From Gammaproteobacteria bacterium (GTDB lineage: Bacteria > Pseudomonadota > Gammaproteobacteria > Ga0077536), in assembly GCA_963662545.2 (NCBI GenBank), contig CAXXLL010000003.1, positions 1,344,001 through 1,408,000 on the forward strand: 64,000 bases of DNA, read 5' to 3'. Both the position numbers and the translations under genes were made by a program. Positions 9,461-19,085 of the stretch are shown one piece after another. The notes below the pieces were generated by a model that made no database searches, was not told the origin of the DNA, and was given only the letters and a program-made list of their open reading frames with translations. How positions within the stretch are numbered: position 1 is the first letter of the stretch; each line of letters starts with the position of its first letter.

Positions 9461-9620
9461 GCCCGGCTTCACGATGTGCCCCTCATTGTAGGCCGCGACG
9501 AAGATGAACGCGCGGGCAACTCGGTGCGCGAACTCTTGGACGTGGGATTCGAGAACGTGAGCCTGATGAAGGCGGGATTGCCGGGCTGGCGGACCTGCGG
9601 ACTGCCGGTCGCCGGTGACA
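9461..9620 (+). pseudogene. Degenerate rhodanese-domain remnant
   Basis: ...PLIVGRDEDERAGNSVRELLDVGFENVSLMKAGLPGWRTCGLPV resembles the rhodanese C-terminal GF.NV..L.GG...W...GLPV pattern. An in-frame TAA lies just upstream and there is no catalytic Cys. Confidence 0.4.
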
Positions 9621-9707
9621 AGCGCAACGGCGTCAGCTACGTGTCGTTGTCAACGCCGGCGAAGCGGGAAAAAACGGGTTTAAGGCGGCTGATTCGGAGC
9701 CAGAATT

Positions 9708-9986
9708 TCAGAATTTCTTGTTCCGCATCGGCGAGACGGTCGCGCCGTGCGAAAGCCACTTGGTGGCCTGTGGCAGCTTGGCGTTTTCCTTGGCCATGGT
9801 GACCGGGCTGTTCGCCCAGTTGCCGCCGCCGATCAACCGTTTCACCGGCGCATCGGCCGGGGTATCTCCCAGGGAACGTTTCGCGTGTTCGCAGATTTCG
9901 CCCCAGGTTTTGTACCGTATCGACATCCCGTGTACGGCTTCGATCACCTCGCCGTTCGCTTCGCAAAGATATTCGTACATGGGCAT
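9708..9986 (-). CDS. FmdB-like zinc-ribbon domain protein
   Basis: Starts MPMYEYLCEANG..IE..H.M, with TWGEIC and PV.RLI. RBS GAGG upstream of ATG 9986. Confidence 0.75.
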   Translation of the reverse strand: MPMYEYLCEANGEVIEAVHGMSIRYKTWGEICEHAKRSLGDTPADAPVKRLIGGGNWANSPVTMAKENAKLPQATKWLSHGATVSPMRNKKF

Positions 9987-10257
9987 GATCTCATTCCTCT
10001 GTCTGTTCAGCGCCACACTCAAGGGCATCATGGTATGAGTCCCCGTTCGCGCAGACAAGTTCATCTGCCACCTTAATCCGCACGCAAAGCGCCGCTTTTG
10101 CTGGCCAGTTCAGCAAAAATTGGAACCAGACTATTCATTATCCGACGGGTGAAATCGGAAAAACTGGTTGGCCCGCCATCGAAACACGCGGTTTTAATCA
10201 GCCTGTTAGCTCCACTTGAAATGAATATACTGTCACCGAACTTGCGGATGAGAACCC

Positions 10258-11553
10258 ATGAATTCGACACCTGAAGCGGGGATGACGGCCATTTCGGGGC
10301 CCGGCTGGCAACGGCGTTATACCATCGTGGCGCTCTGCATTTGCGCGGTGTTCGTGTGCTATATCGACCGCGTCAACATCTCGGTCGCCGTCATTGCCAT
10401 ACAGGAGGAGTTCGGCTGGTCGGAAACCACTAAAGGCTGGGTGCTCTCCGCCTTTTTCATCGGCTATATGCTGTTAATGGCGCCGAGCGGCTGGTTCGCC
10501 AATCGCATCGGCGGAAAATTCGTACTCGGCGCCGCGGTGATGTGGTGGTCGATATTCACGATCCTGACGCCGACCGCGGCCTACGTGTCGCTGGGCATTC
10601 TGATTGCCGTGCGCATTGCCATGGGCATGGGCGAAGCGGCCATGTTTCCCGCCGCCTACAATCTGTACGGGCGCTGGGTGCCGCCGGCGGAGCGCTCACG
10701 CGCGGTATCGCTTTTGATCGGCGGCATCCCGCTGGGCACCTTGTTCGCCCTCACGACCACCGGTTGGATCATCGAACGCTTCGGCTGGCCAAGCGTTTTC
10801 TACATTTTCGGCGTGAGCGGGTTCTTCTGGTGCATCGTCTGGTATCTACTGGCGCACGACGATCCCGCGACCGACCCGAAGATCTCGCCGGCCGAACGGG
10901 AGATGCTCATCGCGAGCACCCCCAAAGCCCGCGATTCCGATACCGTGCCGTGGCGCAAATTGATGTCGACGCCCGCCGTGTGGGCCTTGATCATCAATCA
11001 TTTCTGCGCCAACTGGGGCTTTTACATGCTGCTCGCCTGGCTACCGAGTTATTTCCGCGGCGCCTTGGGCTTGAGCATCATTAACGCCGGCCTTTTTTCG
11101 GCCGCGCCCTGGCTCACCATGTTCGTCGTCGGCAACCTCGGTGGCATTGTTGCCGACAAGGCGGTCAAGGCCGGCATGGACCTGACGACACTGCGTAAAT
11201 GCATGCAGATTACCGGGCTCGTCGGATCGGCGCTGTTTCTGCTCGCCGCGCGCGACGTGCAGTCCGCCAACGTGGCGATGGGCCTCATGTGCGGCGCGCT
11301 CGGTTTTCTGGCCTTGACCTGGTCCGGCTTTGTTCCCAATCACCTCGATCTCGCGCCGCGGTACGCGGATGTCCTGATGGGGATCACCAATACCGCCGGC
11401 ACCGTGCCCGGGATCATCGGCGTCGTCATCACGGGATGGCTGGTCGATACAACCGGGACCTATACTTCGGCTTTCGCCCTGTGCGCCGTGCTCAATTTTT
11501 TCGGTGCGCTCGTCTGGCTACTGTTCGCGAGCGCCAAACGCGTCGTCGATTGA
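10258..11553 (+). CDS. MFS transporter, anion:cation symporter (ACS) family
   Basis: YIDRVNISVA, SAFFIGY, R..MG.GE...FPA, W.P..ERSR and LL.WLPSYF, with ~12 hydrophobic segments. Confidence 0.92.
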   Translation: MNSTPEAGMTAISGPGWQRRYTIVALCICAVFVCYIDRVNISVAVIAIQEEFGWSETTKGWVLSAFFIGYMLLMAPSGWFANRIGGKFVLGAAVMWWSIFTILTPTAAYVSLGILIAVRIAMGMGEAAMFPAAYNLYGRWVPPAERSRAVSLLIGGIPLGTLFALTTTGWIIERFGWPSVFYIFGVSGFFWCIVWYLLAHDDPATDPKISPAEREMLIASTPKARDSDTVPWRKLMSTPAVWALIINHFCANWGFYMLLAWLPSYFRGALGLSIINAGLFSAAPWLTMFVVGNLGGIVADKAVKAGMDLTTLRKCMQITGLVGSALFLLAARDVQSANVAMGLMCGALGFLALTWSGFVPNHLDLAPRYADVLMGITNTAGTVPGIIGVVITGWLVDTTGTYTSAFALCAVLNFFGALVWLLFASAKRVVD

Positions 11554-11556
11554 ATA

Positions 11557-11610
11557 GGGGTCAGGTCTTTCATCGCCACATCGTGATTTGGCGATGAAAG
11601 ACCTGACCCC
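11557..11610. repeat. Perfect 22-bp inverted repeat GGGGTCAGGTCTTTCATCGCCA / TGGCGATGAAAGACCTGACCCC
   Basis: Arms at 11557-11578 and 11589-11610, 3 bp after the MFS stop. Related to the element at 15685. Confidence 0.9.
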
Positions 11611-11704
11611 ACCGGCCAAGGCGTGCTACATTTTCCTTAAATGCCAGGGCTGCATTGACGATCCGGCAGGCCCTTTCGATATGAGATAAACCAGGAGAAG
11701 TACT

Positions 11705-12853
11705 TTGGCAGAAGCATACATAATCGATGCCACGCGCAGCCCCACGGGTAAACGCCGCGGCAGCTTGCAGGACGTCCACGCGGCGGACCTGGGCGCGCAT
11801 GTGATCAAGGCGCTGGTCGATCGCAACCCGATCCCCGATAAAGATTACGACGACGTCATTTTCGGCGCGATCGATGCGCTCGGTCCGCTCGCGGGCGACG
11901 TCGCCCGTACGTGCTGGTTGACGGCCGGCTTCGACGAAGCCGTCCCCGGCGTCACGATCGACCGCCAATGCGGCTCCTCACAGCAGTCGGTACATTTTGC
12001 GGCACAGGCCGTGATGTCAGGCGTCAACGACGTCGTCATTGCGGGGGGCGTTCAGACCATGTCTAAAATCCCCATCGGTTCGGCCGCCGTGGCGGGCGGC
12101 GCGTTCGGATTCGAAGACCCTTTTACCGGCTCACAAGCCTGGGTCGAGCGCTATGGCGAAGATCCGCCGACGCAGTTCAAGGGCGCCCAGATGATGTGCG
12201 ACCGTTGGGGTTTCTCGCGTGAAGACCTTGAAGTCTATTCGCTGGAATCCCACCGCCGTGCGTTGCAGGCGATCGAGGATGGCCGTTTCGATCGCGAGAT
12301 CGTTCCCTACGACGGTTGCAAGATGGACGAGACACCGCGCGAGACCTCGCTCGAGAAGATGGCCGAGCTCGATCCGATATTCGGTTTGAAGAGCATCACC
12401 GCAGGAGTGTCCAGCCAGGTCTGCGACGCCTCCTCGGCCATCTTGATCGCGTCCGAAGACGCCGTGAAACGTTACGACCTGAAACCCCGCGCACGCATTC
12501 ACCACATGAGCGTACGCGCGGAAGACCCTATGATCATGCTGACGGCGCCGATCATGACGACCCGCTACGCGCTCGATAAGGCGGGCATGACACTCGATGA
12601 CATCGATCTGGCCGAAGTCAACGAAGCCTTCGCTCCGGTGCCGATGGCGTGGTTGAAAGAGATCGGCTACCCACATGAGAAGCTCAACGTCAACGGCGGT
12701 GCCATCGCGCTCGGCCACCCGATCGGGGCGACCGGCACCAAGCTCATGACGACCTTGCTGCACGAACTGGAACGAACCGGCGGCCGCTACGGTCTGCAGA
12801 CCATGTGCGAAGGCGGCGGTCAGGCCAATGTGACGATTATCGAACGCTTGTAG
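11705..12853 (+). CDS. Acetyl-CoA C-acyltransferase (thiolase)
   Basis: [32 protein letters not shown] and TMCEGGG. Confidence 0.96.
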   Translation: MAEAYIIDATRSPTGKRRGSLQDVHAADLGAHVIKALVDRNPIPDKDYDDVIFGAIDALGPLAGDVARTCWLTAGFDEAVPGVTIDRQCGSSQQSVHFAAQAVMSGVNDVVIAGGVQTMSKIPIGSAAVAGGAFGFEDPFTGSQAWVERYGEDPPTQFKGAQMMCDRWGFSREDLEVYSLESHRRALQAIEDGRFDREIVPYDGCKMDETPRETSLEKMAELDPIFGLKSITAGVSSQVCDASSAILIASEDAVKRYDLKPRARIHHMSVRAEDPMIMLTAPIMTTRYALDKAGMTLDDIDLAEVNEAFAPVPMAWLKEIGYPHEKLNVNGGAIALGHPIGATGTKLMTTLLHELERTGGRYGLQTMCEGGGQANVTIIERL

Positions 12854-12891
12854 AACGAAGCTCCGGCCAGGCGCCGGAGGAGGATGAAATC

Positions 12892-13578
12892 ATGTCAACA
12901 CTGAACGGCGTACACCACCTCGCCATCATGACGTCCGACGTCAAACAGCAGATCGAGTTCTTTTCCGACGTGCTCGGGATGAAGCTCAAAGCACTGTACT
13001 GGATGCACAACGTCGACGGCTATTTTCACGCGTTCATGGAATTGAACCCGAGCTGCTCGGTGGCGTTCGTCCAGTCCCCCGAAGTCAAGGACATTCCCGT
13101 CGAAATGGGCGCTTCGCACGCCGGCAATCCAACGAAGCCCTGTGCGCCCGGCGCCATGCAGCACGTTGCCTTCAACTGCGACAACGACGAGGAACTCTAC
13201 GCGATGCGCGACCGCATCCGGGCGAAGGGCGTGCGCGTGCTGGGACCGCTGGATCACGGTTTCTGCAAGTCGATTTACTTCGGCGGCCCGGAAAACCTCG
13301 TGCTCGAAGTGTCGACCAGCGAGGCCGGCATCAACCAGGAAGCCTGGATCGATCCCGAAGTGGTCGAGCTCAACGGCATCTCGGTGGAAGAACTCGTCCG
13401 CTACAAGAACCCCCCCGGCTTCGATCACATCGGGGACCCGGTGCCGCAACCAGCCGCCGGCACGGGGCGTCCTGAGTACAGCAACATGGACGAGGAGTTC
13501 GCCGCGGCATTTGACCTGCCCGACGAAGTCGTTACGCGCGAACTGAGCGAAAGTACGCCGCCCGTGAAGGTAGCCTGA
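12892..13578 (+). CDS. VOC/glyoxalase family protein
   Basis: GVHHLA, MQHVAF and DHGFCKSIYF..PE..VLE metal ligands. ATG 12892 is preceded by GGAGGA. Confidence 0.85.
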   Translation: MSTLNGVHHLAIMTSDVKQQIEFFSDVLGMKLKALYWMHNVDGYFHAFMELNPSCSVAFVQSPEVKDIPVEMGASHAGNPTKPCAPGAMQHVAFNCDNDEELYAMRDRIRAKGVRVLGPLDHGFCKSIYFGGPENLVLEVSTSEAGINQEAWIDPEVVELNGISVEELVRYKNPPGFDHIGDPVPQPAAGTGRPEYSNMDEEFAAAFDLPDEVVTRELSESTPPVKVA

Positions 13579-13596
13579 TCCGAAAAGGATTTCTAG

Positions 13597-15681
13597 ATGA
13601 AGCAAATTCGCGCCGCGATGATCGCCGTCGGTCTGGGTTTCGCGAGTACCGCCGGCGCCGATATAGTCGTCGACGATGCAGCGCTCAGCAACGAAGCCGA
13701 TAGAGAAAACTGGCCCGGCTACGGCCGCACTTACAGCGAGCAGCGCTTCAGTCCGCTCGATCAGATCAATCCGAGCAACGTAGGAAAGCTCGGTATCGAA
13801 TGGGTTTTGGACCTGCCCAGGGATCGCTCCCTGACCGGCACCCCGCTCGTCATCGACGGCGTGCTCTATTTCAACGGCAGTTACAACGTCGTGCGCGCGG
13901 TCGAGGCCCGCACCGGCAAGCTACTGTGGGAATACGACCCCCAGGTGATCGAGCATTCAGGCGATCGATTGAAGATCCTGTGGGACTGGAACCGCGGCAT
14001 CGCGTTCTGGAAGGGAAGGATCTTCAACGCGACGATCGACGGACGGCTCATCGCGATCGATGCCAAGACGGGCAAGGAGATCTGGACCCGGCAGACCTTC
14101 GATCCCAAGCTGCCGTTGTTCATCACCGGCGCGCCGAAGGTTTTCAAGGATAAGGTGATCATCGGCAACGGCGGCACCGAGTGGGGTGCCGCGCGCGGCT
14201 TCGTCGTCGCTTACGATACCGAAACGGGCGAACAAGCCTGGAAGTTCTACACGGTTCCGGGCAATCCGGCCGACGGCTTCGAGAACAACGCCATGAAGAT
14301 GGCCGCCAAGACCTGGACCGGCGAATGGTGGAAGCACGGCGGGGGCGGCACCGTGTGGCACGGCATTACCTACGATCCCGAATACAACCACCTCTACATC
14401 GGAACGGGCAATGGCTCGCCCTGGAATCCGAAGATCCGCAGCCCCGAGGGCGGTGACAACCTCTTCCTCTGTTCCATCGTCGCGCTCGATGCGGACACCG
14501 GCCGCTACAAGTGGCATTACCAGACGACGCCGGGTGAAGCCTGGGACTACAACTCCAACATGGACATCGTCCTGGTCGACCTCAAGGTCCGCGATCGCGA
14601 CGTCAAGGCCATACTGCATGCGCCGAAAAACGGTTTCTTCTACATCATCAACCGCTCGAACGGCAAGCTGTTGTCGGCCGAGAAATACGCCAAGGTCGAC
14701 TGGGCCAGTGAAGTCGACATGAAGACCGGCCGGCCGGTCGAGCGCGCCGGCGCGCGTTACGAAGATGGCGAGGAACTGGTCTGGCCGAGCCCCTTTGGCG
14801 CACATAACTGGCACGCGATGTCTTACAACCCGCAGACCGGCCTCGTTTACCTGCCCATCATCGAGATGCCGGGCTTGTTCTCCGACAAGCACATCGAGAT
14901 CAAGGCCTGGGAGTCGCCTTTCTGGAACTTCGATCCGGCCATTGCTTTCGGCGAGCAATTCGTGCCCGATGACGCCGGTACGGGCGCCTTGCGCGCCTGG
15001 GATCCGCTACGCCAGCAGACTGTGTGGGAAGTACCGCTGCCCGGGGTATGGAATCCGGGGACGGTAACGACAGCGGGTAATCTCGTGTTTCAGGGCCGGG
15101 CTGACGGCACTTTCTACGCCTACCGCGCCGACAACGGCGAAGTCCTGTGGCGCACCGACTTGGGCAGCGGCATCTCAGCGCCCCCGATCACTTATTCGAT
15201 CGACGGCAAGCAGTACCTATCGATACTCGTCGGCTGGGGCGGCGCGGGTGCGGCGACCGCCGGGTTCACCGGCTCCCAGCACGGTTGGGCCTACCGCGCC
15301 CATCCCCGGCGCCTCGTGACGTTTGCACTTGGCGGTGAAGTACAACTACCGCAATCCCCACCCCCGTTCTATCCAAAACCACTCGCCGCGCCGGATTTCA
15401 AGGTCGATGACAACCTGGCGCGCACCGGCGGCGAAATCTACACGGACTGGTGCATGATGTGCCACGGCGCCGGCGCGGCTTCAGCGGGACAGGCTCCCGA
15501 TCTCCGGGCTTCTTCGATCATGCTGTCGATGGATGCGATCAAGAAGGTCGTACTCGACGGCAGCAACCGCTCGATGGGTATGCCCCGGTTCAAGGACTTC
15601 ACCGACGACGAACTCCTCGCCGTACAACATTTTGTCCGGCGGCAGGCCAAGCTTCCGGAACCGTGCAAGGCTTGCAAATAG
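13597..15681 (+). CDS. PQQ-dependent quinohemoprotein dehydrogenase (type II ADH-like) with C-terminal cytochrome c
   Basis: Signal peptide, W..YGRTYSEQRFSPL, ITGAP, GNGGTEWG, GTGNG, YQTTPGEAWDY, HAPKNGF and heme motif CMMCH. Confidence 0.92.
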   Translation: MKQIRAAMIAVGLGFASTAGADIVVDDAALSNEADRENWPGYGRTYSEQRFSPLDQINPSNVGKLGIEWVLDLPRDRSLTGTPLVIDGVLYFNGSYNVVRAVEARTGKLLWEYDPQVIEHSGDRLKILWDWNRGIAFWKGRIFNATIDGRLIAIDAKTGKEIWTRQTFDPKLPLFITGAPKVFKDKVIIGNGGTEWGAARGFVVAYDTETGEQAWKFYTVPGNPADGFENNAMKMAAKTWTGEWWKHGGGGTVWHGITYDPEYNHLYIGTGNGSPWNPKIRSPEGGDNLFLCSIVALDADTGRYKWHYQTTPGEAWDYNSNMDIVLVDLKVRDRDVKAILHAPKNGFFYIINRSNGKLLSAEKYAKVDWASEVDMKTGRPVERAGARYEDGEELVWPSPFGAHNWHAMSYNPQTGLVYLPIIEMPGLFSDKHIEIKAWESPFWNFDPAIAFGEQFVPDDAGTGALRAWDPLRQQTVWEVPLPGVWNPGTVTTAGNLVFQGRADGTFYAYRADNGEVLWRTDLGSGISAPPITYSIDGKQYLSILVGWGGAGAATAGFTGSQHGWAYRAHPRRLVTFALGGEVQLPQSPPPFYPKPLAAPDFKVDDNLARTGGEIYTDWCMMCHGAGAASAGQAPDLRASSIMLSMDAIKKVVLDGSNRSMGMPRFKDFTDDELLAVQHFVRRQAKLPEPCKACK

Positions 15682-15684
15682 GGT

Positions 15685-15742
15685 TTGGGGTCAGGTCTAT
15701 CATTCCCACAACGCGATGTGGCAACGATAGACCTGACCCCAA
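15685..15742. repeat. Inverted repeat TTGGGGTCAGGTCTATC...GATAGACCTGACCCCAA, same family as 11557-11610
   Basis: 17-bp perfect arms at 15685-15701 and 15726-15742 with further imperfect pairing. It fills almost the whole gap between two convergent genes. Confidence 0.88.
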
Positions 15743-16876
15743 TTAAGCCTGGTAGTTCGTTAGCTTTGGAATTGAACTGGTGGCGATTAAAAAATAATTC
15801 CGGTCTTTCTCGATCCCGATACTTTGATACGAAATCGCGTTACCCGCCGCGAGTGTGGATCCTGCCCCGGCAAACGGATCGAGGATCACACCTTTGCCGA
15901 GCGGCAACACGCCTCTCACTAATTGTCGAAGAAACGACTGGGGTTTCAGGCTGGGGTGCGGTGCTAGTTCTCGCTCCGCGCGCCGGGTTGGCGCTGACGC
16001 GATGACATCCCCGAAAGGTCTGCCACGCCCGGGACGACGGAACCCTCCGGTTTGCCACTTTCGTAGGTTGTCCTGAACCCGGCCTTCCACGGGCTTTCTG
16101 AACAACAGCCACGGCTCCCACATTGATCGCGGCATGACGCTTATGCCGCGGAACTCATCGTGTGCTCCCTTAGGTCTGTCGCCGCCCCGCATGGTCATCG
16201 TCAGCCGTATGATTTCACCTCTGCGCTCCAGGCCCGCTTCGGATAATGCGATCGCGACAATGTGAGATACGAGAGGATTCGAAGCCACCACGACGTTAGC
16301 GCCAGGCACCAACACCGGCAAAAGTATTTTCGCCCAAACGAGGAAAAATTCCCTGATCTCACCGAGCTGATTCTCGTCCAGAGTCGTAAATCGGGGAAGC
16401 GGCGATCGCTGATGGCCATCAAATGAAGGCGGGATCCGCCAAACCCCGCCTTTTCCAACACGCAGTTTGCGTTGCTGTTCTTCGGTATATTCATACAACC
16501 CATAGGGGGGATCGGTCACAACCGCGTGAATCGAATTGTGTGACTGCCGCGCGATCCACGAGAAACAATCGTCGTGATGCAATACGGATTTTTGAAAGGA
16601 GAATTTTTCTTCCCGCGAGTCGATTTGAGCAAAGAATTTATATTGTCGGCTCGCTGGCCTAATGCGTGCGCGGTACACGCCCCGCGCTTCCCGAACGAAG
16701 AGCTCGGGCGTGTTGAGCCTTAGATACGATCGGATAGATGATGAAGGTGTTTTGCCAATCTGCTTTTGAACGCTTGCCACTATCTGCGAAACGCTCAGGG
16801 AAACAGGAGATCCGGCCAGCGCTTTAATAATGGCGTCGCGGACATGGCCTGGAGAATTCTTTGCGGAGTTTTGCAT
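15743..16876 (-). CDS. Site-specific DNA amino-methyltransferase (N4-C/N6-A, beta class) with N-terminal putative winged-helix domain
   Basis: VTDPPY (motif IV) precedes HPSLKP and ILDPFAGAGST (motif I). There is an extra ~70-aa helical N-terminus. Confidence 0.88.
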   Translation of the reverse strand: MQNSAKNSPGHVRDAIIKALAGSPVSLSVSQIVASVQKQIGKTPSSSIRSYLRLNTPELFVREARGVYRARIRPASRQYKFFAQIDSREEKFSFQKSVLHHDDCFSWIARQSHNSIHAVVTDPPYGLYEYTEEQQRKLRVGKGGVWRIPPSFDGHQRSPLPRFTTLDENQLGEIREFFLVWAKILLPVLVPGANVVVASNPLVSHIVAIALSEAGLERRGEIIRLTMTMRGGDRPKGAHDEFRGISVMPRSMWEPWLLFRKPVEGRVQDNLRKWQTGGFRRPGRGRPFGDVIASAPTRRAERELAPHPSLKPQSFLRQLVRGVLPLGKGVILDPFAGAGSTLAAGNAISYQSIGIEKDRNYFLIATSSIPKLTNYQA

Positions 16877-16884
16877 TTGTGTAA

Positions 16885-16906
16885 TTTAGACGTCTGGACG
16901 TCTAAA
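16885..16906. promoter_or_regulatory. Perfect palindrome TTTAGACGTC-TG-GACGTCTAAA, candidate operator
   Basis: 10-bp arms with a 2-bp spacer, 8 bp upstream of the methyltransferase ATG. Confidence 0.6.
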
Positions 16907-17022
16907 GTCGACAATTTAAAAGTACGCAAAGCAACGGGTGTCCACTTTTTCTTAGGAACTCTTACGCGTTAAAAACCACAAGAGGGCTTCTGCGAGCATC
17001 AGGGATCTATTGAGCGGCGCAC

Positions 17023-17685
17023 TCAGCGTATCGTCATGCTCTCGCCCATGCGCGTCTGTTTTTCGGCGCTGCCCGCAGGCGGCGGTATCTCGATGCCGCG
17101 TTGACAGGGCGGCCGGGCGGCCAATCTATCGACCCAGCGTTCGAGATGCTCGAGGCCCTCGATCGGAACGCGCGCCCAACGGTGCGCCTTGACCCAGGCC
17201 CAGTTGGCGATGTCGGCGATGCTGTATTCGTCGGCCAGATATTCACGCTCAGCAAGGCGTGAATTCAACACCTCGTACAGGCGCCGCGTCTCGTTGCGGT
17301 AACGGCTGCGCGCGGCGGGCAGGTCTTCGTCGAAATAGCGTTCAAAGACCACGGCCTGCCCCTGCATCGGGCCGATACCGCCCATTTGAAACATCAACCA
17401 CTGCAGCACGCAAAACCGGCCCTTGGTATCCAGCGGCATCAGCCGGCCGGTTTTCTCCGCGAGATAGACGAGGATTGCCCCGGATTCGAAAATCGTAAGG
17501 TCCCCCGCCTCGCGATCGACGATCACCGGGATGCGCCCGTTGGGGTTGAGCCTCACGAATTCGGGACGGTGCTGCTCGCCGGCGGCCAGGTCAACCGCGT
17601 GAACCGTGTAAGCCAACTCGAGTTCTTCGAGGGCAATGGTCGCTTTCCAGCCATTGGGCGTCGCCGCCGTATACAGATCGATCAT
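17023..17685 (-). CDS. Glutathione S-transferase family protein (YfcG-like)
   Basis: [33 protein letters not shown] and YSIADIA.W.WV. Confidence 0.93.
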   Translation of the reverse strand: MIDLYTAATPNGWKATIALEELELAYTVHAVDLAAGEQHRPEFVRLNPNGRIPVIVDREAGDLTIFESGAILVYLAEKTGRLMPLDTKGRFCVLQWLMFQMGGIGPMQGQAVVFERYFDEDLPAARSRYRNETRRLYEVLNSRLAEREYLADEYSIADIANWAWVKAHRWARVPIEGLEHLERWVDRLAARPPCQRGIEIPPPAGSAEKQTRMGESMTIR

Positions 17686-17827
17686 CGTTCAGGCGCTCAG
17701 TGTAAATGAGCTCTCAGCATAGGAGCGCATGGCGCATCGCCGCAAGTCAGTGGAATCCGCGTGGAAGCGGAGGGATAATCAGCGACGTTCCCGATGCGAA
17801 AATCGCGCGAATGGAGGATTCCCGGCC

Positions 17828-18988
17828 ATGAAGATAGCTGCCTTCCACCTCATGCCCTACCGCAACCTCGCCCCTGATTTCGAAAAGAAATACAAGTCCG
17901 CGTGGTTCGACCTGCCATTCAGGGAAGTGGCCGATCCGAATCTCTGTGCGCAGTACTACAACTGGACCCTGGACGAACTCACGTTTTGCGCGGAATCGGG
18001 TTTCGACGGGGTGTGCACGAACGAGCACCACCAAAACGCCTACGGCTTCATGGTCAATCCGAACATGATGGGCTCGGTGCTCGCGCGCGCCACCCGCGGT
18101 ACGGACACCGCCATCATCCAGCTCGGCGAGACGGCCGTTTTCCTGAATCCGCCGATCCGGGTCGCCGAAGAATACGCCATGCTGGACTGCATTTCCGAGG
18201 GACGGGTAGTGGCAGGGTTCCCGGTTGGTCTGGGCGGCGATTTTGCCTACAGCTACGGGATGGCACCGATGACGCAGCGCGGCCGCTACCGCGAAGCGCA
18301 CGACCTGATCAAGAAGGCCTGGACCGCGGATGAGATCTTCGCCTGGAACGGCAAGTATTATCAGCTGCCGATGGTGAACATCTGGCCGCGCCCGGTGCAG
18401 CAACCCCATCCGCCGATCTGGGTTCCGGGGAACGCCAGTCCGAGTACCTGGGATTTCGTCATCAACAATGATTACTCCTATTGCTACCTGACCTATTTCG
18501 GCGCCAAGGGTGCCACACACATGGTCGAGGGTTATTGGAACCGCGTCGAGGAACTCGGCCGGGATCGAAACCCTTACCGCATGGGCTTTCTCGTTCCGGT
18601 GGGGGTGTCGGAAACCGACGAGCAGGCCGAAGCCGAGTTCGGGCGCCACATCGAATATTTTTATCACAAGGGTTTACGCCTGCCCGAGCAGTATCTCTTG
18701 CCGCCGGGGCACATGACCCACAGCAGCCTGACGCATCTGCTCACGAAACGCCCCTTCCCCCCGTACGAAGATCTACAGAAAATGCGCTTCCGGCATTTCG
18801 ACGAGAATGACTTTCTCGTGGCCGGCAGTGCCGCGACCGTCGTCGACCGTCTGCTGCACATCATTAAAACGCTGAACGTCGGACACCTCATGATCCTGCC
18901 GCAATATGGATCGATGTCCCACGAGCAAACCATGGAAAACATCGAGCGTATCGCCAAGGGCGTATTACCGCATCTCCGGAATGTGTAG
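17828..18988 (+). CDS. LLM-class flavin-dependent oxidoreductase
   Basis: GFDGVCTNEHHQNAYG, P.RVAEEYAMLDCIS.GR and PRPVQQPHPPIW. Start placed at ATG 17828 after GGAGG. Confidence 0.92.
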   Translation: MKIAAFHLMPYRNLAPDFEKKYKSAWFDLPFREVADPNLCAQYYNWTLDELTFCAESGFDGVCTNEHHQNAYGFMVNPNMMGSVLARATRGTDTAIIQLGETAVFLNPPIRVAEEYAMLDCISEGRVVAGFPVGLGGDFAYSYGMAPMTQRGRYREAHDLIKKAWTADEIFAWNGKYYQLPMVNIWPRPVQQPHPPIWVPGNASPSTWDFVINNDYSYCYLTYFGAKGATHMVEGYWNRVEELGRDRNPYRMGFLVPVGVSETDEQAEAEFGRHIEYFYHKGLRLPEQYLLPPGHMTHSSLTHLLTKRPFPPYEDLQKMRFRHFDENDFLVAGSAATVVDRLLHIIKTLNVGHLMILPQYGSMSHEQTMENIERIAKGVLPHLRNV

Positions 18989-19085
18989 GATGACGCAGGC
19001 TGGGAAGATCACTGGTGGCCGCAGACTCGCGAGAAAGCGCAACGCGCGGCGGCGTGAACCACGTCACAAGCAGAGGCACACCATA

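Noticed and set aside
13957-14958. 333-aa antisense ORF, and similar long shadows at 17747-18667, 42505-43443 and 26308-27123
   Set aside because: Expected stop-poor reverse frames of GC-rich genes that fully overlap confident CDSs.
13597-15681. Lanthanide-dependent XoxF/PedH-type dehydrogenase
   Set aside because: The motif is WDYN rather than D-x-D, so the extra lanthanide-binding Asp is absent.
11557-15742. CRISPR repeats or integron attC sites for the related palindromes
   Set aside because: The copies are isolated and kilobases apart with no spacer periodicity. There is no cas or integrase gene and no RYYYAAC/GTTRRRY ends.
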